A stretch of DNA of 61,467 nucleotides, the filler included, from Actinomycetota bacterium (GTDB lineage Bacteria > Actinomycetota > Acidimicrobiia > Spongiisociales > UBA4744): NCBI GenBank assembly GCA_013152275.1. It is 6 parts of 6 records of this genome, joined end to end, with 100 filler letters (N's around TTAATTAATTAA, not from the genome) between each part and the next. Parts side by side here need not be neighbours in the genome. Positions count along the whole stretch, not along the records: positions 26,712 to 49,021 come from JAADGS010000098.1; positions 49,122 to 53,342 come from JAADGS010000079.1; 4 more parts are not named here. One strand, given 5' to 3'. The position numbers and the translations under genes were made by a program. This document shows positions 39,255 through 49,287 of the stretch, in pieces. How positions within the stretch are numbered: the first letter of the stretch is position 1; each line of letters opens with the position of its first letter. A model generated the notes under the pieces. That model was not told the DNA's origin, did no database searches, and saw only the letters and a program-made list of their open reading frames with translations.

Positions 39255-41042
39255 ATGGCAGACGAGAGCAAGATCGTAAAACAGTTCCTTGGCGACGAGG
39301 ACTTCCCGATCGATTGGGACAACGAGGGGGAGAAGGGTCTCTTCTGGGTCTACGACGACCTGCACTGCCCGCAGCCGTTGTCCCCGATGTACTTCGACAT
39401 CGGAGGATGGTGGCTGACCTGCGACCACATGTTCCGCAGATTCGGCACACCCTTCGCTTCCGACTGGATCGCCAAGAACGTCAACGGGTATCTCTACACC
39501 GCCGCGGTACCGGCCGATCCGGACTTCAAGGTCGAAGCGATGGAATACGGCAACGTGTACTACCCGCGGGTTCCCAAGGACGATCCGGAATACGCTTCCA
39601 AGATCGGCGCCTATCTGGGTGCGGTCCTGCCGACATATGGACAGAATTTCGCCGATTGGTGGCGGGACCGGTTGGTGCCCGAGATGCGCAGGAACTTCGA
39701 CTATCTGGAGGATCGCATCGATCGCTGGGAGGAGATCCCACTCATGGAGTGGGCGACCATCCTCGAAGATGCGATGGACATCCACGACCGTCACTGGAAG
39801 ATCCACTGGATGCTGAACTTCGCTCAGCTCTCGGCCACGCTCAACCTTCAGGCCGTCATGGAGGAGGTACGGGGCGAGGCGGATCCGGTGCTCCTGGGCC
39901 GGTTGCAGAACTCCGCCGAGGACCGCAACTGGGACTCGATCGGGGCGTTGTGGAAGATGAAGGAGGAGATCAAGGGCGACGCCGAGTTGTCGGAGATGTT
40001 CGCCAAGGACACCGGGACGGAGGTGCTCGAAGCCCTCGAGGCATCCGAGCGGGGCCGCACGTTCATCGCAGAGCGGCTCAAGCCGTATCAGCGTGAGTTC
40101 GGTTGGCACGCCGTGTGGAGTCACGAGTTCATCTTCGCCACCCGGTTCGAGAGGGCCCAGCCGGTGCTCGAAGTCATCAAGGGCTATCTCGAGACCGACT
40201 ACGACTACCCGTCCACGGTGAAGCACCTCGCGGAGGATATCGCCGCGGCCTCGGCCGAGATGCTCGAGGGTCTCGAAGGTGAGGCGCTCGAGAAGATGCG
40301 AGTGGCCAACGAGATCAACCTGAAGATGGCTCCGCTGACGCCGGACCATCATTTCTACATCGACCAGGGCAGCAACGCCCACGTGCGGCTGGTCCTGGTG
40401 TGCATCGGCCGGCATCTGGTGAAGATGGGGGTTCTCGACGAGCCGGACGACGTGATCTACCTGAAGTACAACGAGCTGCGGTACTTCATGGGCGATCCGG
40501 AGAACTTCGATGCGCGCGGCATCATTGCCAAGCGAAAGGCCGAGCGAGAGGCCGCCTACGCGGTCCGGCCGAAGGACTGGATCGGCACGGCGACCGAGTC
40601 CCAGCTCGAGTTCCCCTACCTGGGCCTCTGGGGATTCCCGGATCGGCTCTACATGGAGCAGCCGGAGGCCGAAGATCAGATCGCGGGTCTGGCCGCCTCG
40701 CCGGGTGTGTACCAGGGAACCGCCAAGGTTGTGCTCAGCGTCGACGAGTTCGACCTGGTCAACAAGGGCGACATCCTGGTGTGTCAGATGACCAACCCGG
40801 CCTGGGTGACGCTGTTCACCAAGATCAGTGGCCTGGTGACCGACGCGGGTGGTCTCACGTCACACCCGGCCGTGCTTGCCCGTGAGTTTGGAATCCCGGC
40901 AGTGATCGGGACCTCGGTGGCGACGGAAAAGATCAGAACGGGCGACCGCCTCCGGGTCAACGGTTCGACTGGCGTCGTGGAGATCCTCTCCGAGGGAGAC
41001 AAGGAGGGAGACGTTATCGGGTCTGACCTATTCAGGACATGA
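39255..41042 (+). CDS. PEP-utiliser phosphohistidine-domain protein (phenylphosphate synthase alpha / rifampin phosphotransferase C-half-like)
   Basis: C-terminal ASPG...GDILVCQMTNPAW...GGLTSHPAVLAREFGIPAVIG; no ATP-grasp domain recognised. Confidence 0.85.
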   Translation: MADESKIVKQFLGDEDFPIDWDNEGEKGLFWVYDDLHCPQPLSPMYFDIGGWWLTCDHMFRRFGTPFASDWIAKNVNGYLYTAAVPADPDFKVEAMEYGNVYYPRVPKDDPEYASKIGAYLGAVLPTYGQNFADWWRDRLVPEMRRNFDYLEDRIDRWEEIPLMEWATILEDAMDIHDRHWKIHWMLNFAQLSATLNLQAVMEEVRGEADPVLLGRLQNSAEDRNWDSIGALWKMKEEIKGDAELSEMFAKDTGTEVLEALEASERGRTFIAERLKPYQREFGWHAVWSHEFIFATRFERAQPVLEVIKGYLETDYDYPSTVKHLAEDIAAASAEMLEGLEGEALEKMRVANEINLKMAPLTPDHHFYIDQGSNAHVRLVLVCIGRHLVKMGVLDEPDDVIYLKYNELRYFMGDPENFDARGIIAKRKAEREAAYAVRPKDWIGTATESQLEFPYLGLWGFPDRLYMEQPEAEDQIAGLAASPGVYQGTAKVVLSVDEFDLVNKGDILVCQMTNPAWVTLFTKISGLVTDAGGLTSHPAVLAREFGIPAVIGTSVATEKIRTGDRLRVNGSTGVVEILSEGDKEGDVIGSDLFRT

Positions 41043-41749
41043 GTGCTCCAACCGGGCATCATCCGGATCCTGTGGAGCGCAACGTACTGAGTGCGCAGGT
41101 GAAGGACCGGATCTTGCAGCAGATCCTCGAAGGTGAGCTGGCACCCGGGTCTCGTATCGTCGAGACCCGGATTGCCCGCGAGCTCGGAACGAGCCAGGCC
41201 CCGGTGCGCGAGGCGCTCCGGGACCTGGCGACGCTCGGCCTCGTGGACATGGAGCCCTATCGCGGGGCTCGTGTCCGGCGGCCGACGAAGGTCGAGCTCG
41301 TGGAAGCGATGGAGGTGCGCGCAGAGTTGGAGGCACTCGCCGCCAGACGGGCCGCCACCCGTGTCGACGACGGCGTGTTGGCGGATCTCCGAGCATTGAT
41401 CGACGAGATGCAGCGCTTCGCAGACGTCGGGGACACGCATGCCCATGCGTTGAACAACACCGAATTCCACGCGACCGTGGTGCGAGCATCCGGCAACAGG
41501 ACCCTGGAGCGGACATGGTCGATGCTGGAGCCGTACGCTCGCACCTACGTCACCGCCATGGCCCCCGGAACCGACCTGACATGGCTCACGCAGCGCCATG
41601 TCGGCATCGTCGAGGCGCTCGAAGCTCGAGATCCCGAGCGAGCAGCCGAGGCCATGCGGGTCCATGCCCGTGAGGCCCAGGAACTGATCCTGGCCATGGA
41701 TGAATCGATGTTCGGCAAGAAGACCTCCGGCGCCGAGGGGGATGATTGA
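41039..41749 (+). CDS. GntR (FCD) transcriptional regulator
   Basis: ILEGELAPGSRIVE..IARELGTSQAPVREAL; NTEFH...SGN. Confidence 0.92.
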   Translation: MSAPTGHHPDPVERNVLSAQVKDRILQQILEGELAPGSRIVETRIARELGTSQAPVREALRDLATLGLVDMEPYRGARVRRPTKVELVEAMEVRAELEALAARRAATRVDDGVLADLRALIDEMQRFADVGDTHAHALNNTEFHATVVRASGNRTLERTWSMLEPYARTYVTAMAPGTDLTWLTQRHVGIVEALEARDPERAAEAMRVHAREAQELILAMDESMFGKKTSGAEGDD

Positions 41750-41974
41750 GCCCGACGAGTGGAGACAACCGACGCCGCCTGCACGAGCCGAGCGCACGCC
41801 GAGCGGCCTTGGCCTCCTGAGCGTTCACACCGCCCTGTCGATGCGCGGTGTCGCACCACCGGGAGCCTCGGGGCCGGAGCCGGCCGACCGGTCTCGGTCC
41901 AGTGCTCACAACAGTCTGAGAAGAAGAGAAACGATGCGGTCATCACCGATGCGCCGCGAGTAGGGAGCAGAATC

Positions 41975-42853
41975 ATGTTGCAACTGTCTGAGGAGATGTC
42001 CGCCGGGGATGCACGCCTGCGGGTGGATGTCTACGGATCCCACCCCATCGACCATGTGCTGGAGGACATGAGCTTCCTCAACTACCGGTTGGCCGATGTG
42101 CGCCTCGAGCCCGAGGTCACGCTGAGCGCTCCGGGCATCGTCTGGAACCAGGAAGGCGCCAAGGCGATCTCGTACGACGGCAACGTCATGACCTTCGACG
42201 GCGACTGGGCCGAGGGGCCACTCCAGAAGGTCATCGTGACCATGCTGGCGTTGCGGATGGAAGCCGTCGGCCTGCACCCGTTTCACGCTTCCGCGGTGCG
42301 GTATCGTGACAAGACGATCGTCTTCCTGGGCGGTGAGTCGAACCACGGCAAGAGCATGGGTCAGATCGAGGCGTGCAGGCGCGGCGGGCGGCTCGTGTCC
42401 ACGGAGACGACCGTGATCGACGAGTCCGGACGAGCGGTCATGGGATCCAAGGACGTGTTTCTGAAGAAGCGGGCCAAGGGAACCGAACGAGCGGACAAGG
42501 CCGCACCCAATCAGGGAGTGACCAAGTTCTTCGGCGAGATGCCCACGTGGGAGACCTATGAGGAGCCGAGCAAGGTCGACGTCGTGATCGTACCGGCGAT
42601 CGACGGCAACTTCGCACCCAGCATGGTGGAGATGATTCCCTTCGAGGCGCAGTTTCAGACGCTGCACTCGTTGCAGAACTACTTCCTGCTGAACGAGCTG
42701 CTCGCTCCCGGATGGCCGATGCCCATCGTCGACACCGAAGCTCTCCGCAAGAAGCGTGCCGGCTTCGTGCAGTCGTTCTGCGATCTCCCGTACTTCTTCA
42801 TCCGCGCCGCCACACCCCAGGTGCTGATGGACGAGGTCGACAAGGTGATCTGA
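41975..42853 (+). CDS. Hypothetical HPr-kinase-like P-loop protein
   Basis: FHASAV...IVFLGGESNHGKS...LVSTE resembles the HprK-related H-A-S, Walker A and DD arrangement. Confidence 0.55.
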   Translation: MLQLSEEMSAGDARLRVDVYGSHPIDHVLEDMSFLNYRLADVRLEPEVTLSAPGIVWNQEGAKAISYDGNVMTFDGDWAEGPLQKVIVTMLALRMEAVGLHPFHASAVRYRDKTIVFLGGESNHGKSMGQIEACRRGGRLVSTETTVIDESGRAVMGSKDVFLKKRAKGTERADKAAPNQGVTKFFGEMPTWETYEEPSKVDVVIVPAIDGNFAPSMVEMIPFEAQFQTLHSLQNYFLLNELLAPGWPMPIVDTEALRKKRAGFVQSFCDLPYFFIRAATPQVLMDEVDKVI

Positions 42854-42925
42854 GAGGAGTTCGATGGAGGTGGGTGCAGGCAACCCGGCGTCGGATCGGT
42901 CGGTCGTGCGAAGAGGCGAAACGCC

Positions 42926-43789
42926 ATGATGCAGGCCTTCGGATACGCGCGGCCGCACAGCCTGTCGGAGACTCTGAGCCTGCTGAGCGAACACGGCTCG
43001 CAGGCCCGCGTCCTCGCCGGCGGAACCGACCTGATCGTCGGTATGCGGTCCGGGAAACTGTCGGCGCGCATGGTCATCGATCTCAAGCGGGTCGGTGAGC
43101 TGCAGCCGGCGATCACCGAGCAGGATGGTGCCGTGCGGATCGGCGCAACGGTCGTGCTCACCGACGTGATCGAAGACGAACGCGTCAAGGATGCCTTCCC
43201 CGCCTTGATCGAGGCGGTGTCGGTGGTCGGATCGGTCCAGATTCGCAACCGAGCGACACTTGCCGGGAACATCTGCAACGCATCGCCCGGCGCGGACACG
43301 GTCCCCGCCCTGATGATCTACGACGCGGTCGTGAACGTGGTGAGCGAGTCGGGTGAGCGTCGGGTCCCACTCGTCCGGTTCTTCGTCGGGCCGGGGCAGA
43401 CGGTGCTCGGCCCGGGCGAGATCGTCACGTCGATCGATCTGCCGATTCCCGACCGGCCCGTCGGGGCCGCATTCGAGCGGATCGCCCGCCGGAGGGGGAT
43501 GGACCTGTCCGCAGTCAATGTCGGCTGTCTGGTCGCAGGAGATGGCGTCACCCGTTTCGCCTACGGCGCCGTCGGCCCGACGGCCTTCGCCGTCGAGGAT
43601 CGGAGCGGCCGTCTGGCAGACCCCGACTTGGGCGAGGAAGAGAAGGAGCACCTCTTGAGCGATCTCGCTGCGCAGGCCCGTCCCATATCCGACCTGCGGG
43701 CAAGCCGCGAGTACCGCCAGGCGATGCTGCCGGTGCTCAGCAAACGGGCACTTGCGGCCGCTCTTGGACGGCTGACGGGATGGTTGTGA
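42926..43789 (+). CDS. Molybdenum hydroxylase FAD subunit (CoxM/XdhB-like)
   Basis: LAGGTDL, QIRNRATLAGN, PISDLRASREYR. Confidence 0.92.
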   Translation: MMQAFGYARPHSLSETLSLLSEHGSQARVLAGGTDLIVGMRSGKLSARMVIDLKRVGELQPAITEQDGAVRIGATVVLTDVIEDERVKDAFPALIEAVSVVGSVQIRNRATLAGNICNASPGADTVPALMIYDAVVNVVSESGERRVPLVRFFVGPGQTVLGPGEIVTSIDLPIPDRPVGAAFERIARRRGMDLSAVNVGCLVAGDGVTRFAYGAVGPTAFAVEDRSGRLADPDLGEEEKEHLLSDLAAQARPISDLRASREYRQAMLPVLSKRALAAALGRLTGWL

Positions 43790-44268
43790 TGCAGACAGGG
43801 ACCATTCCGATCTCCTTCACCGTCAATGGCAGGCGATGCTCGCTGGAGGTGGCGCCCCACCACACGCTCCTGGATGTCCTTCGTGACCAGTTGGAGCTCA
43901 CCGGCACGAAAGAGTGCTGTACGGAAGGCGAGTGTGGCGCCTGCACGGTGCTCGTCGACGGTCGTTCGGTCAACTCCTGCCTCATGCTGGCCGCAGAAGC
44001 GCACGGAGCCGAGATCATGACGGTCGAGGGTCTCGCAACCGACGGCCGGCTCGCTCCGCTGCAGGAGGCGTTCCTCGACGAGGGTGCCCCGCAGTGTGGA
44101 TTCTGCATTCCCGGCCAGTTGATGTCGGCCCACGCCCTGCTGAACCAGAATCCTCACCCCGTCCTCGAGGATGTCCGCGAGGCCCTGGCGGGCAACCTCT
44201 GTCGATGCGCGGGATACGTGCAGATCACCAAGGCGGTGCTCGCCGCCGCCGAAAAGGGGGACCGATGA
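43789..44268 (+). CDS. Molybdenum hydroxylase 2Fe-2S subunit (CoxS-like)
   Basis: GTKECCTEGECGACTV, QCGFCIPG, GNLCRC. Confidence 0.93.
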   Translation: MQTGTIPISFTVNGRRCSLEVAPHHTLLDVLRDQLELTGTKECCTEGECGACTVLVDGRSVNSCLMLAAEAHGAEIMTVEGLATDGRLAPLQEAFLDEGAPQCGFCIPGQLMSAHALLNQNPHPVLEDVREALAGNLCRCAGYVQITKAVLAAAEKGDR

Positions 44269-46508
44269 GCGCCAACGTCATCGGAAGCTCGCCTCGCAGG
44301 GTCGGTGGGATCGGGCGTGTCACCGGCGCCCAGGAGTACGTGGCCGACATCCGTCTGGCCGACGTGCTCCACGTCAAGCTCGTGCGCCTCGACTGTGCAC
44401 GAGCCCGGCTTCTCTCGATCGACGGTACCGCCGCGATGCGCGTTCGCGGGGTCCGTCTCGTGCTCACCGCCGCCGACCTGCCACAGCCGGTTCCCCGCTT
44501 CGGCCCCAAGTTCAGGGACCGGCCGATCCTCGCCGTCGCTGAGACCAAATACCATGGCGAGCCGGTGGCGGCGGTAGCCGCCGAGACGCGAGACGCGGCC
44601 GAGGAGGCGGCGCGCCTCGTCCACGTGGACTATGAGGTGCTCGACGGCGGTGTCTTCAGTGTGGCCGGGGCGCTCGATCCGACATCACCACTCGTTCAGG
44701 ATCCCGCGATTCGTCCGAACGACCCGCTCGCCGACACGAACACCCTACGCGAACACGATTTCGGCTGGGGCGATGTCGATGCGACGCCGGCGGATCTCGT
44801 CGTCGAGAACACCTACTCGTTCCCGATGGTCACCCACTTCACGATCGAGCCGCACGGCTTCATGGCGGCTCCCGACGGCGACGGGATCACCGTGTGGAGT
44901 TCCATCCAGCACCCGTACCTGCTGCAGAAGACCATCGCCGAGCTCTTGGATCTGCCTTTGGCCAAGGTGCGCGTCTTCGCTCCCGACCCCGGTGGAGGTT
45001 TCGGAGGCAAGCAGATCCCCAAGTATGAGCCTTTGCTCGCGTTCATGGCGCTGCGCACCGGGCGCCCGGTGCGGCTGATCCTGACACTGGCCGAGACCTT
45101 CCAGGCGGTTCGACGGGCTGCGACGGAGGTCCGGTTTCGCACCGGCTTCCTGTCGGACGGCACGATGGCGTTCCAGGACGTGGAGGCCAACTTCCTGATC
45201 GGGGCGTACGTCGACATCGCAGACCGTGTCGTCGGGAAGGCGAGCTACCTCGCCTGCGGCCCGTACCGTGTTCCGGCAGTGCGCATCAAGGCACGAACAC
45301 TCCTGTCGCACACGACGCCGAGCACCGCCTTCCGCGGGTTCGGCATTCCACAGATCACCTGGGCCAGGGAGTCCATCATCGATGAAGGGGCCCGTGCGCT
45401 CGGAATCGACAGGGTGGAGATTCGCCTGCGCAACCTCGCCCGTCACGGTGAGAGGTTCATTCCCGGCGACACTCCGGCCGACGGCGACTGGTCCCAGACC
45501 GTCCGAAAGGCTGCCGAGCTGATCGAGTGGGGGACCCCTCTCGTGCCCAAACGTGGCCGCGGACTCGCCCTTGGCCTCAAATCCGGGCCAACGACGGGCC
45601 TCTCCTACTCGACGGTGCGGTTCCTGGCAGACGGGAGCGCCCTCGTCCTCAGCGGCACGTCCGACATGGGTCAGGGTGCACGCACGGTCTTCGCGCAGAT
45701 CGTCTCCGAGGAACTCGGGATACCGCTCGAGCGGATCTCGGTCATCATGGGCGACACCGGGGTGATCCCCTACGATCAGCAGACGTCCGCAAGCCGTTCA
45801 TCGGTCCTCATGGGCACGGCCGTTCTGCGCGCCTGCCGGGACATCCAGGCAAAGCTGTGCGCCATGGCGTCACGTCTCTACGAGGTCGAGGAGTCCGAGA
45901 TCGTCGTCGAGCGCGGTGTCGTTCGCCTTCCCGGTCGTGATCTCCCGGCGGTGGATGTGCTCCAGTCCGGCCTCGGTCGCCTGGGCGGGGAGATCGTCGG
46001 GAACGGGGAGATGCGCAAAGATGTCGAACCCGACCATCCCCTCGGTGGTAGTGCCGCTTTCTTCGAGTTCAACTGCACGGCGTTCGAGGCCGAGGTCGAT
46101 GAGGAGACGGGCGAGATCCTCATCGTGCGCCATGTCACCGTGAGCGACGTCGGCCGAGCCCTCAACCCGCTCCAGGTCGAGGGACAGGACGACGGCGCGG
46201 CCATCATGGGTCTGGGCCACACGCTCATGGAACACATCGTTCTCGACGAGTCCGGCCGGATTCAGAATCTCGGCGCACTCGACTACCAGATCCCGACGAG
46301 CAAGGACCTTCCCCTCAAACTCACCGGCGAGACGGTCGAGAACGCCGACGGTCCGGGACCGTACGGCATCAAGGGGATCAGCGAAGGGGCCCTTCTGGCG
46401 GTGTCACCGGCCGTGGCGTCCGCGGTGACCGACGCCACGGGCGTGGTCATTCGCGATCTGCCGCTGACACCCGAGCGGGTGTGGCGGGCACTCGAGGAGA
46501 GGAGATGA
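44265..46508 (+). CDS. Xanthine-dehydrogenase-family molybdopterin subunit
   Basis: GGGFGGK, AFRGFG, DMGQG, TSASRS, GPYGIKGISE. Confidence 0.92.
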   Translation: MSANVIGSSPRRVGGIGRVTGAQEYVADIRLADVLHVKLVRLDCARARLLSIDGTAAMRVRGVRLVLTAADLPQPVPRFGPKFRDRPILAVAETKYHGEPVAAVAAETRDAAEEAARLVHVDYEVLDGGVFSVAGALDPTSPLVQDPAIRPNDPLADTNTLREHDFGWGDVDATPADLVVENTYSFPMVTHFTIEPHGFMAAPDGDGITVWSSIQHPYLLQKTIAELLDLPLAKVRVFAPDPGGGFGGKQIPKYEPLLAFMALRTGRPVRLILTLAETFQAVRRAATEVRFRTGFLSDGTMAFQDVEANFLIGAYVDIADRVVGKASYLACGPYRVPAVRIKARTLLSHTTPSTAFRGFGIPQITWARESIIDEGARALGIDRVEIRLRNLARHGERFIPGDTPADGDWSQTVRKAAELIEWGTPLVPKRGRGLALGLKSGPTTGLSYSTVRFLADGSALVLSGTSDMGQGARTVFAQIVSEELGIPLERISVIMGDTGVIPYDQQTSASRSSVLMGTAVLRACRDIQAKLCAMASRLYEVEESEIVVERGVVRLPGRDLPAVDVLQSGLGRLGGEIVGNGEMRKDVEPDHPLGGSAAFFEFNCTAFEAEVDEETGEILIVRHVTVSDVGRALNPLQVEGQDDGAAIMGLGHTLMEHIVLDESGRIQNLGALDYQIPTSKDLPLKLTGETVENADGPGPYGIKGISEGALLAVSPAVASAVTDATGVVIRDLPLTPERVWRALEERR

Positions 46509-47395
46509 CGGTGCACGAAGAAGTCGGACCGATCGCCAACATGCCTGCCGCCGAGATCGTCGAGGCGGCTCGACTCGTGAAGCAAGGTCGGCGTTTCTCG
46601 CTGGCGACCCCACGATTCCCGGGCATGCCTCTCTTCCCGGGCCATCCACCGTTTCAGGTCCTCAACTACCGCACCCCACCGGGGATTCGTGCCGAGGGTG
46701 CTCAACCGTGGGGACCTCCGAACGACGTGGGTCTCGGCTACATGGCCGAATATGTGATGGCCACGTCCCACTCGGGTGCGCATGTCGATGCTCTCGCGCA
46801 TATGACCATCGGTGAGGACGACCACTGGTACGGCGGCGGAAACACCGCCGAGCATCTGACCGACACGGGCCCATCGGTCGGCGACGCCGAGAAGCTCCCA
46901 CCGTTCTTCACGCGGGGAGTGCTGCTCGATGCCGCCGGGTATCGCGGCGTCCAGGCGTTGCCCGCGGGCTCGCCGATCGGTGCAGACGAGCTCGAGGCCA
47001 TCGCCGCCCGTGAGGGGGTCGAGGTTCGCCCGTGGGACACCGTCCTGATCCGTACCGGCTACCTGGCTTTCTGGCCGGACCGAGAGAAGATGGCCGAGCA
47101 CAGGACCGCCGGACCCGATCTCTCCGCCGGCGAATGGCTGCTCGAACGCGGCGTGGTCGCGACAGGAACCGACACGGAGACCTATGAGGTCCAACCGGCA
47201 CCCGACCGGGGGACGCCGGCCAACCCGCAGCCGGTCCACACCCGGCTGCTGATCGAGGCCGGCATCTACCTGATGGAGAGCGTGTATCTGGAGGAGCTCG
47301 CCACGGAGGGGATCCACGAGTTCCTCTTCGTCGCTCTGCCAGTCAAGATTCGTGGTGCAACCGGGTCGATGATCGACCCGCTTGCCGTTATCTAG
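46505..47395 (+). CDS. Cyclase / kynurenine-formamidase-like metal hydrolase
   Basis: HSGAHVDALAH, TRGVLLD, VH..LL...GIYLME, GATGS. Confidence 0.88.
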   Translation: MTVHEEVGPIANMPAAEIVEAARLVKQGRRFSLATPRFPGMPLFPGHPPFQVLNYRTPPGIRAEGAQPWGPPNDVGLGYMAEYVMATSHSGAHVDALAHMTIGEDDHWYGGGNTAEHLTDTGPSVGDAEKLPPFFTRGVLLDAAGYRGVQALPAGSPIGADELEAIAAREGVEVRPWDTVLIRTGYLAFWPDREKMAEHRTAGPDLSAGEWLLERGVVATGTDTETYEVQPAPDRGTPANPQPVHTRLLIEAGIYLMESVYLEELATEGIHEFLFVALPVKIRGATGSMIDPLAVI

Positions 47396-47408
47396 AAAAG
47401 AGGTGGGA

Positions 47409-48452
47409 ATGAAAGCGCTGGTCGTTACCGAACCGAACCGGTTCTCCGTCGAAGAGGTCGAGCAACCCGAGCCGGGGCCCTTCGAGCTGCTTTGCCGGGT
47501 TCGCGCGGTGACCATCTGCGGCACGGACGCGCACCTGCTGCGTGGCGACTATCCGGGGTTCTGGCCTCCCTCGTATCCGTTCATACCGGGTCACGAGTGG
47601 TCGGGCGAGGTCGTGGAGGTAGGACCTGGAGCCGAGCTTCTCGGTTGGAGCGTCGGCGACAGGGTCGCGGGAACGTCTCATGACGCGTGCGGTTTCTGTC
47701 AGAAATGCGTCGAAGGCCGCTACAACCTGTGTGAGAACTACGGGAACACCCGTCTGCACCGCCAATACGGCCACAACTGGCAGGGTTCCTTCGCCGAGTA
47801 CGTGGTGCACGGTGTGAAGAGCGTGTTTCACCTTCCCGATGCGCTGACGTTCAGCGAAGGCGCCACCCTGGATCCGGCATCGATCGCTCTACACACGGCG
47901 AATCGGGGCGGGAATCGTCCCGGAGACACCGTCGTGGTGATCGGCCCCGGTCCGGTGGGCCTGCTGGCCGCGGATGCGGCGAGAGCGAGGGGTGCGGGCC
48001 GCGTCATCGTCGCCGGCCGGGGCGGCCGGCTCGCCAAAGCCGCCGATCTCGGCAACGAGACCGTCGACGTCGAATCCGAAGACCCGGTTCGCGCGATCAG
48101 GAACATGACCGATGGTCTGGGCGCGGATGTCATCCTCGAGTGTGCGGGAGTTCCCCAGACGTTGCAGTGGAGTCTCGCCATGGCGCGAAAAGGTGGTCGG
48201 ATCGCGGTGGTGGGCATCCCGGTCGCGGGGGTCGAGCTCGCCCTCCAGGACCTCGTGCTGTATGAATACGAACTCGTCGGCGTGCGTGCCTCGGCAGGGG
48301 AGATGCGCCACGTGATTCCGCTCGTCGTCGACGGGCGCATCAGGGTGCGAGAGTTGATCACCCACCACTTTGCCCTCGACGACTTCGCCACGGCTCTGCA
48401 GACCTTCAATGAGCGTCGCGATGGCGCTCTCAAGGTCATCGTGGAACCGTAG
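47409..48452 (+). CDS. Zinc-dependent alcohol dehydrogenase (MDR)
   Basis: ICGTD, PGHE, CGFCQKC...C, GPGPVG. Confidence 0.92.
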   Translation: MKALVVTEPNRFSVEEVEQPEPGPFELLCRVRAVTICGTDAHLLRGDYPGFWPPSYPFIPGHEWSGEVVEVGPGAELLGWSVGDRVAGTSHDACGFCQKCVEGRYNLCENYGNTRLHRQYGHNWQGSFAEYVVHGVKSVFHLPDALTFSEGATLDPASIALHTANRGGNRPGDTVVVIGPGPVGLLAADAARARGAGRVIVAGRGGRLAKAADLGNETVDVESEDPVRAIRNMTDGLGADVILECAGVPQTLQWSLAMARKGGRIAVVGIPVAGVELALQDLVLYEYELVGVRASAGEMRHVIPLVVDGRIRVRELITHHFALDDFATALQTFNERRDGALKVIVEP

Positions 48453-48473
48453 ACACCGATCGGGGGATGTGAG

Positions 48474-48956
48474 TTGAGCAAGGTGTTCGTGTTTGCCTGC
48501 ACAGGGAACATCGGCAGATCGCCGCTCGCCGCGGCCATGGCCCGGCGGCGTCTCGCCGAGGCGTTGGGGGTCTCCGAGACCGAATTGGCGGACCGTGGGG
48601 TCGAGGTGACCTCGGTGGGTACGCACGCTCCACCGCGTCTTCGCGCGGCACGCTTCGCCGTCACCGCCGGTGACGAGGTGGGTGTCGACCTGCGAAAGCA
48701 CCGCTCCAGGCGGATGAACCGCAAGCTCGCCGAGACGGTGACCCGTGTGTACTGCATGGAACAGGGCCAGATCGAGCGTCTGGTGGCGAAATACCCTGTG
48801 TTGGAGGGCAAGGTGGAGATGCTCCGACCCGATGGGGAGCCGGTGCTCGATCCGCGAGGCAAGGACCTCGAGTTCCACCGGGAGGTTCGCGACCGTATCG
48901 GTGAGGCGCTCAGCCGGCGCATTCCGGAACTCGTGGCCCTCGTCGACAAAGAGTGA
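48474..48956 (+). CDS. Low-molecular-weight protein phosphatase family
   Basis: CTGNIGRS P-loop, VLDP. Confidence 0.82.
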   Translation: MSKVFVFACTGNIGRSPLAAAMARRRLAEALGVSETELADRGVEVTSVGTHAPPRLRAARFAVTAGDEVGVDLRKHRSRRMNRKLAETVTRVYCMEQGQIERLVAKYPVLEGKVEMLRPDGEPVLDPRGKDLEFHREVRDRIGEALSRRIPELVALVDKE

Positions 48957-48960
48957 CGCC

Positions 48961-49021
48961 CCCTCTTTCCTTCCCCCTCAGGGGGAAGTGGGCTCGGCGA
49001 GGGACGAGCCGAGGTCGATGG
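48961..49021 (+). repeat. Palindromic intergenic repeat unit
   Basis: CTTCCCCC-TCA-GGGGGAAG TGGGCTCGGCGAGGGACGAGCCGAGGTCGATGG, running into the gap. Confidence 0.85.
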
Positions 49022-49121
49022 NNNNNNNNNNNNNNNNNNNNNNNNNNNNNNNNNNNNNNNNNNNNTTAATTAATTAANNNNNNNNNNNNNNNNNNNNNNN
49101 NNNNNNNNNNNNNNNNNNNNN
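49022..49121. other. Artificial scaffold linker
   Basis: N-run with TTAATTAATTAA. Confidence 0.97.
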
Positions 49122-49162
49122 ATGGGGGTGTCGACATGAAGCGATCGGCGTGTCGCAAGAGG

Positions 49163-49281
49163 CTCTACCCCATCAACCTCGGCCAAAACCCCGAGGCCAC
49201 TTCCCCTGCTAGAGGAAGCAAGAACAGCGCCACTCTTTCCTTCCCCCTCCAGGGGGAAGGAATGAGACCCCATCGGCCTCG
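49163..49281 (-). repeat. Palindromic repeat units (one near-complete inverted copy plus partial copies)
   Basis: Reverse complement TCTTGCTTCCTCTAGCAGGGGAAGTGGCCTCGGGGTTTTGGCCGAGGTTGATGGGGTAGAG nearly matches 53173-53233. Confidence 0.88.
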
Positions 49282-49287
49282 CTGCGC

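Noticed and set aside
39255..41042. PEP synthase or rifampin resistance gene
   Set aside because: No ATP-grasp domain or PEP/pyruvate-binding barrel; only the His domain is shared.
44265..46508. Form I aerobic CO dehydrogenase
   Set aside because: Active-site loop is AFRGFG, not AYxCSFR; no cox accessory genes.
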